Shown here in pieces: positions 9,337 through 20,175 of a DNA stretch of 64,000 nt. The notes under the pieces were generated by a model. It was not told where the DNA came from and did not search any database. It saw only the letters and a list, made by a program, of their open reading frames with translations. Position 1 is the stretch's first letter. Every line of letters starts with the position of its first letter. This DNA comes from Chloroflexota bacterium (GTDB taxonomy: Bacteria > Chloroflexota > Dehalococcoidia > SHYB01). The stretch covers positions 2,749 through 66,748 of the forward strand of contig JACZVV010000001.1 of NCBI GenBank assembly GCA_022572465.1. The letters are read 5' to 3'. A program made the translations under genes and the position numbers.

Positions 9337-10807
9337 GATGCATCGCGTGGGTCCCGCACACCTGTAGCCAGGCACGGCCATCCTGGGCCAGCAGCGCGTC
9401 CGCCCGGTCCGGCCCCCACGAGCCCGGTTCGTACCGCTGCAGCGGCGACTTCTCCCCTTCGGCGTCGTCCAGCAGCGGCTCCACCACCCGCCACGACTCC
9501 TCGATCTGATCGGCGCGGATGAACAGGGCCGCGTCCCCCTCCAGCGCGTCCTGCAGCAGCCGCTCGTACGCCTCGGGCAACACGTCCCCCTCGAACTCCG
9601 TGCCGTAGTGAAACGCCATGTCCGCCGACCGCGTGCTCATTCCCTGGTCTGGCACCTTGACCTCGAACCGCAAGTGGGCCCCCTCGTCCGGCTGGATGCA
9701 CAGGGCCAGGGCATTCGGCGCGGGCGCTTCCGATGGGTCCGTCGCGAACATCAGGTGGGGCGGGCGCTGGAACTGGACGACCACCTCCGAGACCTTGCGG
9801 CCCAAGGCCTTGCCGGTCCGCAGGTAGAAGGGCACGCCGTGCCAGCGCCAGTTGTCGATGTACAGCCGCAGCGCGATGTAGGTCGCCGTCTGCGACTCCG
9901 GCGCCACTCCTTTCTCGTCCAGGTACCCGTGGTACTGCCCTCGCACCGCATGCTGCCGCGCTCCTCCCGCTCCCCACGGGCGGATCGCCTTCAGTACATC
10001 GACTTTCTTGCTGCGCAGCGACTCCGCGTCCGCCGCGCTCGGCGGCTCCATCGCCACCATCGTCAGCAGCTGCAGCAGGTGATTTTGCACCATGTCCCGC
10101 ACCACGCCCGAATGGTCGTAGTAGGCGCCGCGATCGCCGACCGGCACCTCCTCCGCGACGGTGATCTGGACGTTGTCCACATAGTTGCGGTTCCAGAGCG
10201 GTTCGAAGATGGCGTTGGCGAAGCGGAAGACCAGCAGATTCTGGACCGTCTCCTTGCCAAGGTAGTGGTCGATGCGAAAGACCTGATGCTCTTTGAAGAA
10301 GTTGCCGACCGTCTCATTCAGGTCGCGGGCGGAAGGGAGGTCTCGGCCAAAGGGTTTCTCGATGACGATTCGCCGCCAGCCGGTGTCTTCGTTGGCCAGG
10401 CCCATCGCCCCCAGGTTCAGCACCGCTGGCTTGTAGAGGTGTGGTGCAATAGAGAGGTGAAACAGGCGGTTGGCCGGTTTGCGGCCTCCCTCCAGCTCCT
10501 CGATCCGCTCCCGGAGCCCCAGCACCTGCTCCGCGTTGTCCACCGCGCCGATGACGTAGTGCAGCCGCTTGGCGAACTCATCCCACTGGCTGCGGTCGAT
10601 GGTCATGCCGCCCTCTTCGCGCACCCCGTTCCACATGTAGTCGCGAAAGGCCGCGTCCGAGTATTTGGAGCGTGAGAAGCCGATGAAACGGACGTCTTCC
10701 GGCAGCCGTCCCTTGAAGTTCAGGTTGAACAGCGCCGGAAACAGCTTGCGTTTAGAGAGGTCTCCGGTCGCGCCGGTGATGACGATCGTGGTGGTGCCTG
10801 CCGGCAT
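9329..10807 (-). CDS. zwf: Glucose-6-phosphate 1-dehydrogenase
   Basis: GATGDL, EKPFG and [13 protein letters not shown] motifs; ATG 10807 overlaps the gnd stop. Confidence 0.96.
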   Translation of the reverse strand: MPAGTTTIVITGATGDLSKRKLFPALFNLNFKGRLPEDVRFIGFSRSKYSDAAFRDYMWNGVREEGGMTIDRSQWDEFAKRLHYVIGAVDNAEQVLGLRERIEELEGGRKPANRLFHLSIAPHLYKPAVLNLGAMGLANEDTGWRRIVIEKPFGRDLPSARDLNETVGNFFKEHQVFRIDHYLGKETVQNLLVFRFANAIFEPLWNRNYVDNVQITVAEEVPVGDRGAYYDHSGVVRDMVQNHLLQLLTMVAMEPPSAADAESLRSKKVDVLKAIRPWGAGGARQHAVRGQYHGYLDEKGVAPESQTATYIALRLYIDNWRWHGVPFYLRTGKALGRKVSEVVVQFQRPPHLMFATDPSEAPAPNALALCIQPDEGAHLRFEVKVPDQGMSTRSADMAFHYGTEFEGDVLPEAYERLLQDALEGDAALFIRADQIEESWRVVEPLLDDAEGEKSPLQRYEPGSWGPDRADALLAQDGRAWLQVCGTHAMHHV

Positions 10808-11715
10808 CACTTCGCCTTTCGAACGGCGTGGCCGCCGAATTGCTGGCGCATGGCCGCCAGCAACCTGTCGGCGAACGACGACTCCTGGCGGGACCTGAAC
10901 CGCTGCTGGAGGGCCAGGGTTATGACCGGCGCCGGAACGCCCAGGTCCACCGATTCCTTGACCGTCCACCGGCCTTCGCCCGAGTCCTCCACGTAGGCCT
11001 GGAGCGCTTCCAAGCGCGGGTCCTCGGCCAGCGCGTCGGCGGTGCGGTCGAGCAGCCACGAGCGGATGACGCTTCCGAAGCGCCAGACCTGGGCGATGCC
11101 CGCCAGGTCCAGATCGAACTCTTCCTTCGCCTGCAGGAGCTGAAACCCTTCGGCATAGGCCTGCATGAGGCCATACTCGACGCCGTTGTGCACCATCTTG
11201 ACGAAGTGCCCCGCGCCCGACGGGCCCACGTGGGCGTATCCTTTGTCGACGCCGGGCGCGAGGGTCTGGAAGATCGGCTCCAGCCGGTCGAACGTGGCGC
11301 GGTCGCCGCCGACCATGAGGCTGTACCCGCCTTTGAGCCCCCAGATGCCGCCGCTGGTGCCGGCGTCCAGGTAGGCGATGCCCTTCGCTTGCAGCGCCGC
11401 CGATCGCCGCATCGTGTCTTTGTAGTTGGAGTTCCCGCCGTCGATGATCGCGTCTCCCGGGGAGAGCGCCTCGCCAACGGCGGCGACGGTCTGCTCGGTG
11501 GCCTCACCGGAGGGCACCATGCTCCAGACGGCTCGCGGCGCGTCGAGCTTCGCGGCGAGATCGGCGATCGACGAGGCCCCGGCCGCTCCCTTGGACACCA
11601 GGGCTTGGACCGCCGTGGCGTTGAAATCGTAGGCGACCACCTGGTGGCCGCCTTGCAGCAGACGTTCCGTCATGTTGCCGCCCATGCGGCCCAGACCGAT
11701 CATGCCAAGCTGCAT
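10807..11715 (-). CDS. gnd: 6-phosphogluconate dehydrogenase (decarboxylating, short form)
   Basis: [27 protein letters not shown] and DSGEGRWT motifs. Confidence 0.95.
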   Translation of the reverse strand: MQLGMIGLGRMGGNMTERLLQGGHQVVAYDFNATAVQALVSKGAAGASSIADLAAKLDAPRAVWSMVPSGEATEQTVAAVGEALSPGDAIIDGGNSNYKDTMRRSAALQAKGIAYLDAGTSGGIWGLKGGYSLMVGGDRATFDRLEPIFQTLAPGVDKGYAHVGPSGAGHFVKMVHNGVEYGLMQAYAEGFQLLQAKEEFDLDLAGIAQVWRFGSVIRSWLLDRTADALAEDPRLEALQAYVEDSGEGRWTVKESVDLGVPAPVITLALQQRFRSRQESSFADRLLAAMRQQFGGHAVRKAK

Positions 11716-11784
11716 GCGGGTCTCCTTTCGGGTGCGCTGGGAGGTGGCGCGGGTCCGATACTTCCCATCAAAGGCGTCACGGCG

Positions 11785-14514
11785 CTATTCGATGGCCATG
11801 GATGCCAGGCCGGTCTCGACGTCGCCCTTGAGCGTCACGCGCGCCACGCGCCGGCCCAACGCTTCGAGCGCGTTCAGATCGCCCAGGGCCTGGGCCGCTG
11901 CCAGGACGCCAAAGCTGTACGTTTCGCCGGGCACCGGCAGGTCGTGGGCGTCGTCGGCGACGATCTGGACGTACAGACCCGTGGGCGGCCCGCCCTTGTG
12001 GAGCTGGCCCGTGGAGTGCAAGAAACGCGGGCCAAACCCCAACGTGGTGGCGATGCCGTGGCGCTGCATGACGGCCCGCCGCAGGTCCGTGAGTCGCGCG
12101 ACGACCGCCGGCGTCTCTTGAACATAGGCCATGATGGCCAGATAATCGCCCGGCCTGGCGCCGGATAGCAGCTCCCGCAGCGAACCCGTCGCGCTGACAT
12201 CCGGTAAGCGGCCTTCCTTCTCGTAGGATGCCAGCACCTGGGCCGTCAGGTCCTTGGCTTGCTGGACGTTCGGCTGATCGAACGGCTGGATGCCGAGGAT
12301 GGCGCCGGCGACGGCGGTGGCGAACTCCCACCGGAAAAACTCACCACCGAGGTCGTACCGGTCCTTCAAAGCCAAGCGTGCCACCGGATGGCCCGACGAC
12401 TCAAGGCGTTCAATGGCCTGGTCCAGCTGCGCGTTGTCGTCGCCGTCCAACCGAAGGTAGACGAAGAAGCGGTCGTTCCCATAGGCGGCGGGCTCCAGCA
12501 ACGGCTCGCCCGCCACCGGCACGACGCCCTTGCCTTCCTTGCCGGTGCTCTCGGCGACGAGCTGCTCCACCCACAGGCCGAAGCCGGCGATCGCGGGGGA
12601 GGTCACCAGGGTCAGCTTGTCGCGCCCGTTCTGGGCCAGCGTGCCCATGGCGGCGCCTAGCCACGCAGCGGGATTCGCCTCGCCTTGCTCGTGGGCGGCG
12701 TCCCGAGCGCCGTCGGCCCGTTGCAGCAGCATGGCAACGTCCAGGCCCATGAGGGCGGCCGGCGTCAGGCCAAAATACGAGAGGACCGAGTACCGTCCAC
12801 CAACGTCGGAGGGGTTGAGGAACGATCGACGAAAGCCCCGGTCTGCCGCCAGCCGCTCCAGCGGCGTTCCGGCGTCGGTGATGGCGACGAAATGGCGGCC
12901 GGCGCTGTCCGCTCCGACGGTCTCTTCCACCAGTCGGCGGAAATGCTTGTAGAGGCTCATGACCTCGATCGTGGAGCCCGACTTGGACGACACCAGGAAC
13001 AGGGTGCGGGCCGGGTCGATGGCATCGGTGACGTGGCGGACCGCCGCCGGGATGGTGGAGTCCAGGACGATGAGCTCGGGGTAGCCTTCGGCGCTGCCGA
13101 AGGTCTGACGGAGGACCTCCGGGCCCAGGCTGCTGCCGCCCATGCCCAGGAGCACGACGTGACGGATGCCCTCGTCTCGGACCTCTTGCGCGAACGACTC
13201 CAGCGACGAGACCTGCTTGGACATGCGCTCGGTGACCTGGAGCCAGCCGAGCCGGTCGGCGATCTCGGCCGGGTCTTGTTTCCAGACGGTGTGGTCCCGA
13301 TCCCAGATGCGGGGTACGGTCCGGTCGCCGGCCATCCGCCGCAGCGTGGCCTCGACGTCCGTCTTCAGGTCGCCCAGACCGTCCAGCGGCGAGGCCGCGG
13401 AATGGGCGCGCAGCCGCTCCCGCTTCTCGGCGATGTTGCGAATGAGGGAGTCGAAGGAATCGGCGAAGGACTTGACCCCTTCGTCCAGAAGCTGCTGCGT
13501 CACCCGCTCCATGCTGACGCCCGCCTGGTCGATCGCCGCCAGCGCAGCCTCGGCTTCCGCGACGTGGCCGGCCAGAGTCGGCCTGACGACGCCCGACTCG
13601 GCGTAGGCGGTGAGGGTAGCGGGTGGCAGCGTGTTGACCGTGTTCGGGCCGATGAGCGACTCAACGTACATCAGCTCGTCGTAGGCCGGGTTCTTGGTGC
13701 TGGTGCTGGCCCATAAAGGCCGTTGGGGCTTGGCGCCCTTCTCTCGCAACTCCGCGAACCTCGGGCCCTCGAACAGCTCCTGAAACATGTGGTAAGCCAT
13801 GCGAGCGTTGGCGATGGCGGCCTTGCCCTGGACAAGCGCCGCGTCGCTGTTGCCCGCGTCCACACGCTCCTGGAGCAGCTTGTCCGTCAGTGTATCCACC
13901 CGGCTCAAGAAAAAGGAGGCCACCGCGCCGACCTTCCCCACGTCGCCCCCTTGCTCGGCCAGCTCCTCCAGCCCCTCCACATACGCCTCCGCCACCTGCC
14001 GGTACGCCTCCAGCGAAAAAATCAGGGTGGTGTTGATATTGATGCCCTTGCTGATGAGCCGGCGCACCGCCGGGATGCCCTGGGGCGTTCCAGGCACCTT
14101 GATCATCACGTTGGGCCGCTCCAGCGCCGCGAACAGTCGCAGCGCCTCTTCCACCGTCTCCTCGGTCTCATACGCCAGGTTGGGGCTGACCTCCAGAGAG
14201 GCGTAGCCGTCGGCGCCGCCGGTCTCGTCGTAGATCGGACGCAGCAGGTCCGCCGCCCGTTGGATGTCGCCGATGACCAGCGCCTCGTACGTCTCGACAA
14301 CGTCTTTACCGGCGCGGGTAAGCTCGATCAGCGCCTCGTCGTAATCGGCGCTTCCGGCGATGGCCTTCTCGAAGATCGTGGGGTTCGACGTCAAGCCGGT
14401 GACGCCGTCGTCGATGAGCCGCGCTAGCTCTCCCGAGACCAGCAGCCCTCGACGCATGTTGTCGTACCAGATCGACTGGCCCAGCTTGCGGGTCTCTTGA
14501 AGCGCATGAGTCAT
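11785..14514 (-). CDS. Bifunctional transaldolase / glucose-6-phosphate isomerase
   Basis: N-terminal GLTSNPTIF, MIKVP and RPLWASTSTK; C-terminal GMGGSSLG, SKSGSTIE, GGRYS and QLVAESTGK. Confidence 0.93.
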   Translation of the reverse strand: MTHALQETRKLGQSIWYDNMRRGLLVSGELARLIDDGVTGLTSNPTIFEKAIAGSADYDEALIELTRAGKDVVETYEALVIGDIQRAADLLRPIYDETGGADGYASLEVSPNLAYETEETVEEALRLFAALERPNVMIKVPGTPQGIPAVRRLISKGININTTLIFSLEAYRQVAEAYVEGLEELAEQGGDVGKVGAVASFFLSRVDTLTDKLLQERVDAGNSDAALVQGKAAIANARMAYHMFQELFEGPRFAELREKGAKPQRPLWASTSTKNPAYDELMYVESLIGPNTVNTLPPATLTAYAESGVVRPTLAGHVAEAEAALAAIDQAGVSMERVTQQLLDEGVKSFADSFDSLIRNIAEKRERLRAHSAASPLDGLGDLKTDVEATLRRMAGDRTVPRIWDRDHTVWKQDPAEIADRLGWLQVTERMSKQVSSLESFAQEVRDEGIRHVVLLGMGGSSLGPEVLRQTFGSAEGYPELIVLDSTIPAAVRHVTDAIDPARTLFLVSSKSGSTIEVMSLYKHFRRLVEETVGADSAGRHFVAITDAGTPLERLAADRGFRRSFLNPSDVGGRYSVLSYFGLTPAALMGLDVAMLLQRADGARDAAHEQGEANPAAWLGAAMGTLAQNGRDKLTLVTSPAIAGFGLWVEQLVAESTGKEGKGVVPVAGEPLLEPAAYGNDRFFVYLRLDGDDNAQLDQAIERLESSGHPVARLALKDRYDLGGEFFRWEFATAVAGAILGIQPFDQPNVQQAKDLTAQVLASYEKEGRLPDVSATGSLRELLSGARPGDYLAIMAYVQETPAVVARLTDLRRAVMQRHGIATTLGFGPRFLHSTGQLHKGGPPTGLYVQIVADDAHDLPVPGETYSFGVLAAAQALGDLNALEALGRRVARVTLKGDVETGLASMAIE

Positions 14515-14518
14515 GGTC

Positions 14519-16546
14519 TCATCCTCTCGACGCCGCGATCTTTTCCACCACGCGCTCGGCCTTCTGAGCTACGTGCTCGGCGGTGATGCCGAGGTGCTGG
14601 TAAATCTCCTTGTACGGGGCGGACGCGCCGAACCGGTCGATCCCAATGGCCACGCCGTCGAGGCCGACGTAGCGGTCCCACCCCATCGGCGATGCCGCTT
14701 CCAGCGACACTCGCGCCCGCACGTCCAGCGGCAAGACCTGCTCCCGATAGTTGTCACTTTGCGCTTCGAATAGCTCCCAGGATGGCATCGAGACCACGCG
14801 AGCGACGATGCCCTTGCCCTGGAGCGAACGCCCTGCTTCCAGGACGGCGTGCACTTCCGACCCCGTGGCCATGAGCAGCACGTCGGGCTTGGGACCCGCC
14901 TCCCAGAGGACGTACGCTCCACGGTGTACGCCTGCCGCCGTCGCCAGCTCTCCGCGGTCGAGAACGGGCAGGGCCTGGCGGCTGAGAGCCAGGACTGTCG
15001 GCCCGTGACGCCGCTCCATCGCGATCTTCCAGGCCTCGACGGTCTCGGTGGCGTCGGCGGGGCGCAGCACCACGAGGTTGGGAATGGCACGGAGGCCGGC
15101 CAACTGCTCGATGGGCTGATGGGTCGGGCCATCCTCGCCAAGACCGATGGAGTCGTGGGTGAAGATGTAGATGACCCTCTGCCTCATCAGGGCGCCCATG
15201 CGAATGGCCGGTCGCATGTAGTCGGAGAAGATGAGGAACGTGGCGGTGTAGGGAATCGTGCCACCGTGCAGGGCCATGCCGTTGGCGATGGCCCCCATGG
15301 CGTGCTCCCGCACCCCGAAGTGCATATTGTGGTCGTTATAGTCTTCGAACCCGTAGTGGCCGTGGTCCTTCAGGGTGGTCTTGGTGGATGGCGCCAGGTC
15401 GGCGGACCCGCCCGTGAACGGATGCACCGTGTGGACGATGGCGTTCATGACTCGTCCCGAGGCGTCCCGGGTGGCGATCGCCTTGTCGCTTTTGGCGAAC
15501 ATCCCGTCGAGCTCGCGGTCCCACCCCTCGGGCAACTCGCCTCGAAGGTCCAGTTCAAGCTGTGTGGCCTCGGCGGGATAGGCCTTCCGGTAGGCCTCCA
15601 GGCGGCGCTCCCAATCGGCCTGAGCCTCGCGCCCGCGCTCCAGCGCCTTCCGGAAGTGGGCCAGGGCTTCGTGAGGAATGGTGAACGGCTCCTCGGTGGG
15701 CCAGCCCAACCGCTCCTTGGTCAACCGGACCTCCTCTTCGCCCAGAGCCTCGCCGTGGGCGGCCGCCGTGCCTTGCTTGTTGGGGCTGCCGTAGCCGATG
15801 ATGGTGCGGCAGATGATCAGCGACGGCCGCACCGTTTCCAGTTGCGCCATACGGATCGACAGGTCGACCGACGGCAGGTCCATGCCGTCGATGGGGCCGA
15901 TCACGTGCCAGCCGTAGGCCTGAAAGCGCTGGTCGACGTTCTCGGCGAAGGCGATGTTGGTGTTGCCTTCGATGGAGATATCGTTGTCGTCGTACAGGTA
16001 GATCAGCTTGTCCAGCTTCAGCGTGCCCGCCAGAGAGGCCGCTTCCGAGGCCACGCCCTCCTGGAGGTCCCCATCGGACACGATGGCGTAGGTGTGGTGG
16101 TTGAACAGCTCGTGTCCCGGCCGGTTGTAGTGGTCCGCCAGCCACCGCTCGCCGATGGCCATGCCAACGCCGCTGGCGAAGCCCTGGCCCAGGGGGCCCG
16201 TGGTCATCTCCACGCCGGGCGTCTCCCCCAGCTCAGGGTGGCCCGGCGCCTTGCTCTGCCACTGCCGGAACTGCTGAATCTGCTCCAGGGGTAGGTCGTA
16301 GCCGGTGAGGTGGAGCAAGGAGTAGAGCAGAAGCGACGCATGCCCCGGCGACAGAATAAAACGGTCCCGGTCTGGCCACTGAGGGTCCTTCGGGTTGTAT
16401 CTCAGGAAGCGGTCCCAGAGCACGTAGGCCATGGGCGCCGCCCCCATGGGCGTTCCCGGGTGGCCTGAGTTGGCCTTCTCCACGGCGTCGACGGCGAGGA
16501 ACCGCATCGTGTTGACGCAGAGGGCGTCCAGTTCGGCCTCGCTCAT
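14519..16546 (-). CDS. tkt: Transketolase
   Basis: [21 protein letters not shown] and [16 protein letters not shown] motifs. Confidence 0.97.
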   Translation of the reverse strand: MSEAELDALCVNTMRFLAVDAVEKANSGHPGTPMGAAPMAYVLWDRFLRYNPKDPQWPDRDRFILSPGHASLLLYSLLHLTGYDLPLEQIQQFRQWQSKAPGHPELGETPGVEMTTGPLGQGFASGVGMAIGERWLADHYNRPGHELFNHHTYAIVSDGDLQEGVASEAASLAGTLKLDKLIYLYDDNDISIEGNTNIAFAENVDQRFQAYGWHVIGPIDGMDLPSVDLSIRMAQLETVRPSLIICRTIIGYGSPNKQGTAAAHGEALGEEEVRLTKERLGWPTEEPFTIPHEALAHFRKALERGREAQADWERRLEAYRKAYPAEATQLELDLRGELPEGWDRELDGMFAKSDKAIATRDASGRVMNAIVHTVHPFTGGSADLAPSTKTTLKDHGHYGFEDYNDHNMHFGVREHAMGAIANGMALHGGTIPYTATFLIFSDYMRPAIRMGALMRQRVIYIFTHDSIGLGEDGPTHQPIEQLAGLRAIPNLVVLRPADATETVEAWKIAMERRHGPTVLALSRQALPVLDRGELATAAGVHRGAYVLWEAGPKPDVLLMATGSEVHAVLEAGRSLQGKGIVARVVSMPSWELFEAQSDNYREQVLPLDVRARVSLEAASPMGWDRYVGLDGVAIGIDRFGASAPYKEIYQHLGITAEHVAQKAERVVEKIAASRG

Positions 16547-16799
16547 TTTTCATCCCCCGGCTGAACATGGCGACGCATCGGGGTCTCGCACGGCGTGCGC
16601 TCGAAGCCATACTACATCAATTAAATGGCCGGGTCATCGGTGAAGATACCGAATATCCATCCGATCCCGCCCCGGCGCGAGCTCTCCCAACTGCGGCGGC
16701 TGAGCCGCAGCAGTATTTCCGGACCAAAAATGCTGCGGCTCAGCCGCCGGAGGAGCGGAGCGACGAAGAAGGACACCTTTGAAAACTTTGTTGACCGAG

Positions 16800-17732
16800 C
16801 TAGTAAGGCGGCCCGGGACCGATCTTCTTGGCCTTGGGCATCACCTCTATGGCGAACCGCTCCATGTTCTCCATGTACTCGGAGTAGGTCGTGCCTTCGA
16901 AGCCAACTCCGCCGAAGGTGATGCCGGCTTCGGCGAGCTCCTCGATGTCCAAGAGGATCTGGTCCGCCGAGCCGTGGAATCTTGGCCGGTCATTGTCGGT
17001 GATCGGCCTGTCCTGGACTTTTGTCTGGCCGCCGAACAAGACCTGAAAATTCTCGGGCCGCTCCCTGGTGTCTTTTTGGTTCCAATAATTGTCGAGGTAG
17101 CTCAGCGCCTGCTTCATGCCGTCCAGGTCGAACATGAACGGGTTCCATCCGTCGCCGTGCTTGGCTGCCCGGTAGAGCGATAGCTTGGTCTGACCGCCGA
17201 TCCACACCGGCGGATGGGGTTTCCGTACCGGCTTGGGCCAGAAGCGCATCTCGGAGAACGAAACGAACTTGCCTTCATAGGAGGCCTCATCCTGGGTCCA
17301 AAGGACTTTGATCGCCTCGATATACTCGTCGGTCACCTCGCCGCGGGTCTCCCAATCGATGCCAAGCTGATGGAACTCAGGCTCGAGCCAGCCCACGCCG
17401 GTGCCGAAGATCGCTTTGCCTCCGGTGACGACGTCGAGGGTCGCCACTTGTTTGGCCGTGTGAAAAGGGCTCCGATACGGCAAGACCAGAACGTTGATGA
17501 CCGGCCACATCTTCGTCTCGGTGGCCAGCCACGCGAGGAAGGTCGTCGGATCGAACCAGCAAGGCGTCGGGATCTGGTCGTGCTGTTTCGAAATGGCCAG
17601 ATGGTCGCCGACGTGGAAGGCCCAGTATCCCAGTTCGGCTGCTTTTCTCGCGAAATCCATGATCCATTCCGGCCCGGTGTATTCGGGCCAGCTGCGAATG
17701 ATTCGGTGAGGATATCCGACTTGAAACTCCAT
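16800..17732 (-). CDS. Luciferase-like (LLM) oxidoreductase, probably F420-dependent
   Basis: VGDHL, LVLPYRSP..TAKQVATLD, GVGWLEPEF and PKP..PHPPVWIGG motifs. Confidence 0.88.
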   Translation of the reverse strand: MEFQVGYPHRIIRSWPEYTGPEWIMDFARKAAELGYWAFHVGDHLAISKQHDQIPTPCWFDPTTFLAWLATETKMWPVINVLVLPYRSPFHTAKQVATLDVVTGGKAIFGTGVGWLEPEFHQLGIDWETRGEVTDEYIEAIKVLWTQDEASYEGKFVSFSEMRFWPKPVRKPHPPVWIGGQTKLSLYRAAKHGDGWNPFMFDLDGMKQALSYLDNYWNQKDTRERPENFQVLFGGQTKVQDRPITDNDRPRFHGSADQILLDIEELAEAGITFGGVGFEGTTYSEYMENMERFAIEVMPKAKKIGPGPPY

Positions 17733-17944
17733 TGTGTGGGTGGCCCCCTATCGAGATTCGATGGATTGTACCACGGGCGGTCGCTTCAATTCGTCGGGCC
17801 AAAGAGTCGTCGGGCCAAAGGGTCGTCGGGCCCAAGGGTTGCCGACACCGACGGCGTCACCGGCGCCAGCCCTTTCGGACGCGGATGGCGTGAGGCGACA
17901 GCTCGTCCGGCGGGTACGCCGGGAACGGCTCCAACGAATCGGCG

Positions 17945-19075
17945 TCAAGAAGTGGTTGGGATGTCCGAAGGCTCGTACAGGGGCCGGCTGCCGCGGGAAC
18001 GCATCAGCTTGAAAAACCGCTCGCCGCCCATGCTTCCCGGCTCTTCCAGATCGCCGAACTGCCGGAGGATGCTGATGCTCTCGGGCCGTTTTTCCACGGC
18101 TCGTTCCAAGGCCCATTTCGCCTGGGGCACGCGACCTTGTGTATGGAGGTAGTACCCGAGGTGGAAGTACGCGGTCGCTTCGGCGTGCTCGTCCGTGGGC
18201 AGCCGCATCCGAGCGAGCACCTGTTCTTCGGACAGGGCGTACCGGCTGGCGTCGCCCTTCTCCACCCAATCACGCACGGCGTCGCAGTAGCCCTGCCGTG
18301 CCGTCCGGAGCGCCGCCTTGGACGCTTCCGTCAGTTTCCCCGAGGCGCCTTCCCGTCCGCCCTGTATGACGTCGATCATCGCCTTCACGACGCCATCGCT
18401 CATGCCGGCCGACTCCGGCGGACGGACGATGCGCCCTGCCTCGTTGATCCACACCGCCGAGGGCACGTTGATGATGTCGTAGAGCTCGGCGAGGCGATGG
18501 GTCCGGTCTATCAGACAGAGGTAGGAGGGATCGGCGGCGTCGATCCACGGGGCCGCCGCCTCGTTACCCCGGCTGTCCAGCGCCACCGCGATGACGGTCA
18601 AGCCTTTGGAAGAAAGCTCGTCGTGGAGGGCCTGCCAGACCGACAGGTCATACCGGCAGCCTCACCAGGAGGCCCAGGCGGTGAGGAACACCTTTCTCCC
18701 CGCGTAGTCGGAGAGGCTGTGGAGCTTTCCCTCGCGATCCGGAAGCTGAAAGTCAGGGGCCTGGAGCGAGGTGAGAGCGTCCCGGCGCTCGCTGCTCCCT
18801 TCGCCGAAGAGCCACGTCTCGCGGGCCTCGTCGTGGACGACGGGCTTTCCAAGGTGACGCCACAGGTTGGTGAGATTGAAGGCGCCGGAACGCACAAAGG
18901 AATCCTCCCGGCCGGGTGGTATCGGCACGCAATCGTCGCCCAGACAAAACCCCTCCGGCTTCAGAGTCCATCCACTGGCCCGATCGAGGTCGGACGCCGG
19001 GAGCCAGAGGTCCTCCCCGGCGACGGTCGCGCCCCCAATGTCGTTGATTCGCTCTTCACAAATAATGGTGGTCAT
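17945..19075 (-). CDS. Probable selenoprotein: TlpA/AhpC-like redoxin with Sec at the first active-site Cys and a C-terminal TPR-like region
   Basis: ORFs 18662-19075 and 17945-18601 share one frame. Reading through TGA 18662-18664 gives APDFQLPD...FLTAWASW-U-GCRYDLSVWQALHDEL..GLTVIAVALD, a continuous thioredoxin fold. A SECIS-like hairpin follows the TGA. Confidence 0.82.
18631..18647 (-). promoter_or_regulatory. Putative bacterial SECIS hairpin
   Basis: mRNA CCUGUC-GGUCU-GGCAGG begins 14 nt after the UGA; the GGUCU loop resembles the apical loop of the E. coli fdhF SECIS. Confidence 0.7.
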
Positions 19076-19375
19076 GTCCGCCTCATTTCGCTATGGGGAA
19101 TCGTTGGTTGGACACGGCAAGGAAAAGGAGGGGCCGGCAGGCGGCGGCCCAACTTCGGCATCCGCCGGCGCTCCCGTCGTGAGAGGCCCATCGCGCCATC
19201 GTCCGGCCAGCCGGGAATCTGTTGCCGGGTCACCGGTCAGCCTCCTGGGGACGTTTGCGAGTTGCCGCGCATTATACCACGCAAGCTCGCCATTCTAACG
19301 CCAGCGTGTCGCAACGCCGGCCCGCCGGCGCAAGGAGCGAGATTCAGGCCCCTTGTTCCGTCGGCCGTCGAGGCG

Positions 19376-19933
19376 TCACTCGAGCTCTTGCGCCTGGAGC
19401 TCGATGAGCTGCCCCAACATGAACAGGCCCGCGGCGACGACATCGGTGGTCACGAAGGCTTGAATCAGCCGCTCGCTTCTCGCGCCGGCGTCCTGGGGCC
19501 TGAAGACGGCGGAGACGCTCAAGCGGCCCGCCAGCCGCGGGTCCAGGTCCCGTCCCATTCGCTCCAACGCCTCTTCGAGGCGAGCGAACGATGGGTAGCG
19601 TATGCCGAAGTGGGTGATGCCGTGAGGGTGATTGCGGAGCTTGTCGTCGTAGGTCGCGAACGCGGTCGCGAGGGATGGCCTGTCCGTTCGCGCCGCGCGG
19701 AGCTCCTGCTCCAGCTGCCACTGCTCCGGCGACACCTCGGAGGAGTACAGCACGTTGTTGACCGGGTCGTTCTGGTCCGGCGCCACGTGGACGACCATGG
19801 TTTCCCCGTCGGTCTGCGAGACGCGGCATCCCAGCGCCTCATACACCTTGATCGCCAGGCTCCGCTCGCCCGGCTGGTACAACATCTCGACGTGATTCAG
19901 CATCCGCCCCTTGTAGTCGACCAGCTGACCCAT
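19376..19933 (-). CDS. Hypothetical protein, possibly VOC/glyoxalase-like fold
   Basis: ATG 19933 after GGAAGGAG; LNHVE, THFGIRY and QLIELQ resemble VOC metal-ligand strands. Confidence 0.55.
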   Translation of the reverse strand: MGQLVDYKGRMLNHVEMLYQPGERSLAIKVYEALGCRVSQTDGETMVVHVAPDQNDPVNNVLYSSEVSPEQWQLEQELRAARTDRPSLATAFATYDDKLRNHPHGITHFGIRYPSFARLEEALERMGRDLDPRLAGRLSVSAVFRPQDAGARSERLIQAFVTTDVVAAGLFMLGQLIELQAQELE

Positions 19934-20175
19934 TCGATCGCTCCTTCCATCGCGGGACCGCGGTTTGGATGTGAGGCAGTCTATCGCCGGGCCGTTGGAA
20001 AGGCAACAGGCGAATGCGCCACGATCCAAGCCATGACCGAAGCGGTGCCGGTCCGGGCTTCCATCGCCCCGTGTTGCGTGGAGGACTATACTGGACGCGC
20101 CCAACGCGAATTGTGGCGCGGCTCGACGTAGCCGGATGGTTGGACGACGGCCGCGCGCCATGGAGGAGGAGAACG

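Noticed and set aside
18137..20131. 664-aa plus-strand ORF and many other long overlapping ORFs (e.g. 5326-6810, 14849-16294, 45269-46846)
   Set aside because: Antisense shadow frames of real genes in GC-rich DNA; no recognisable motifs.
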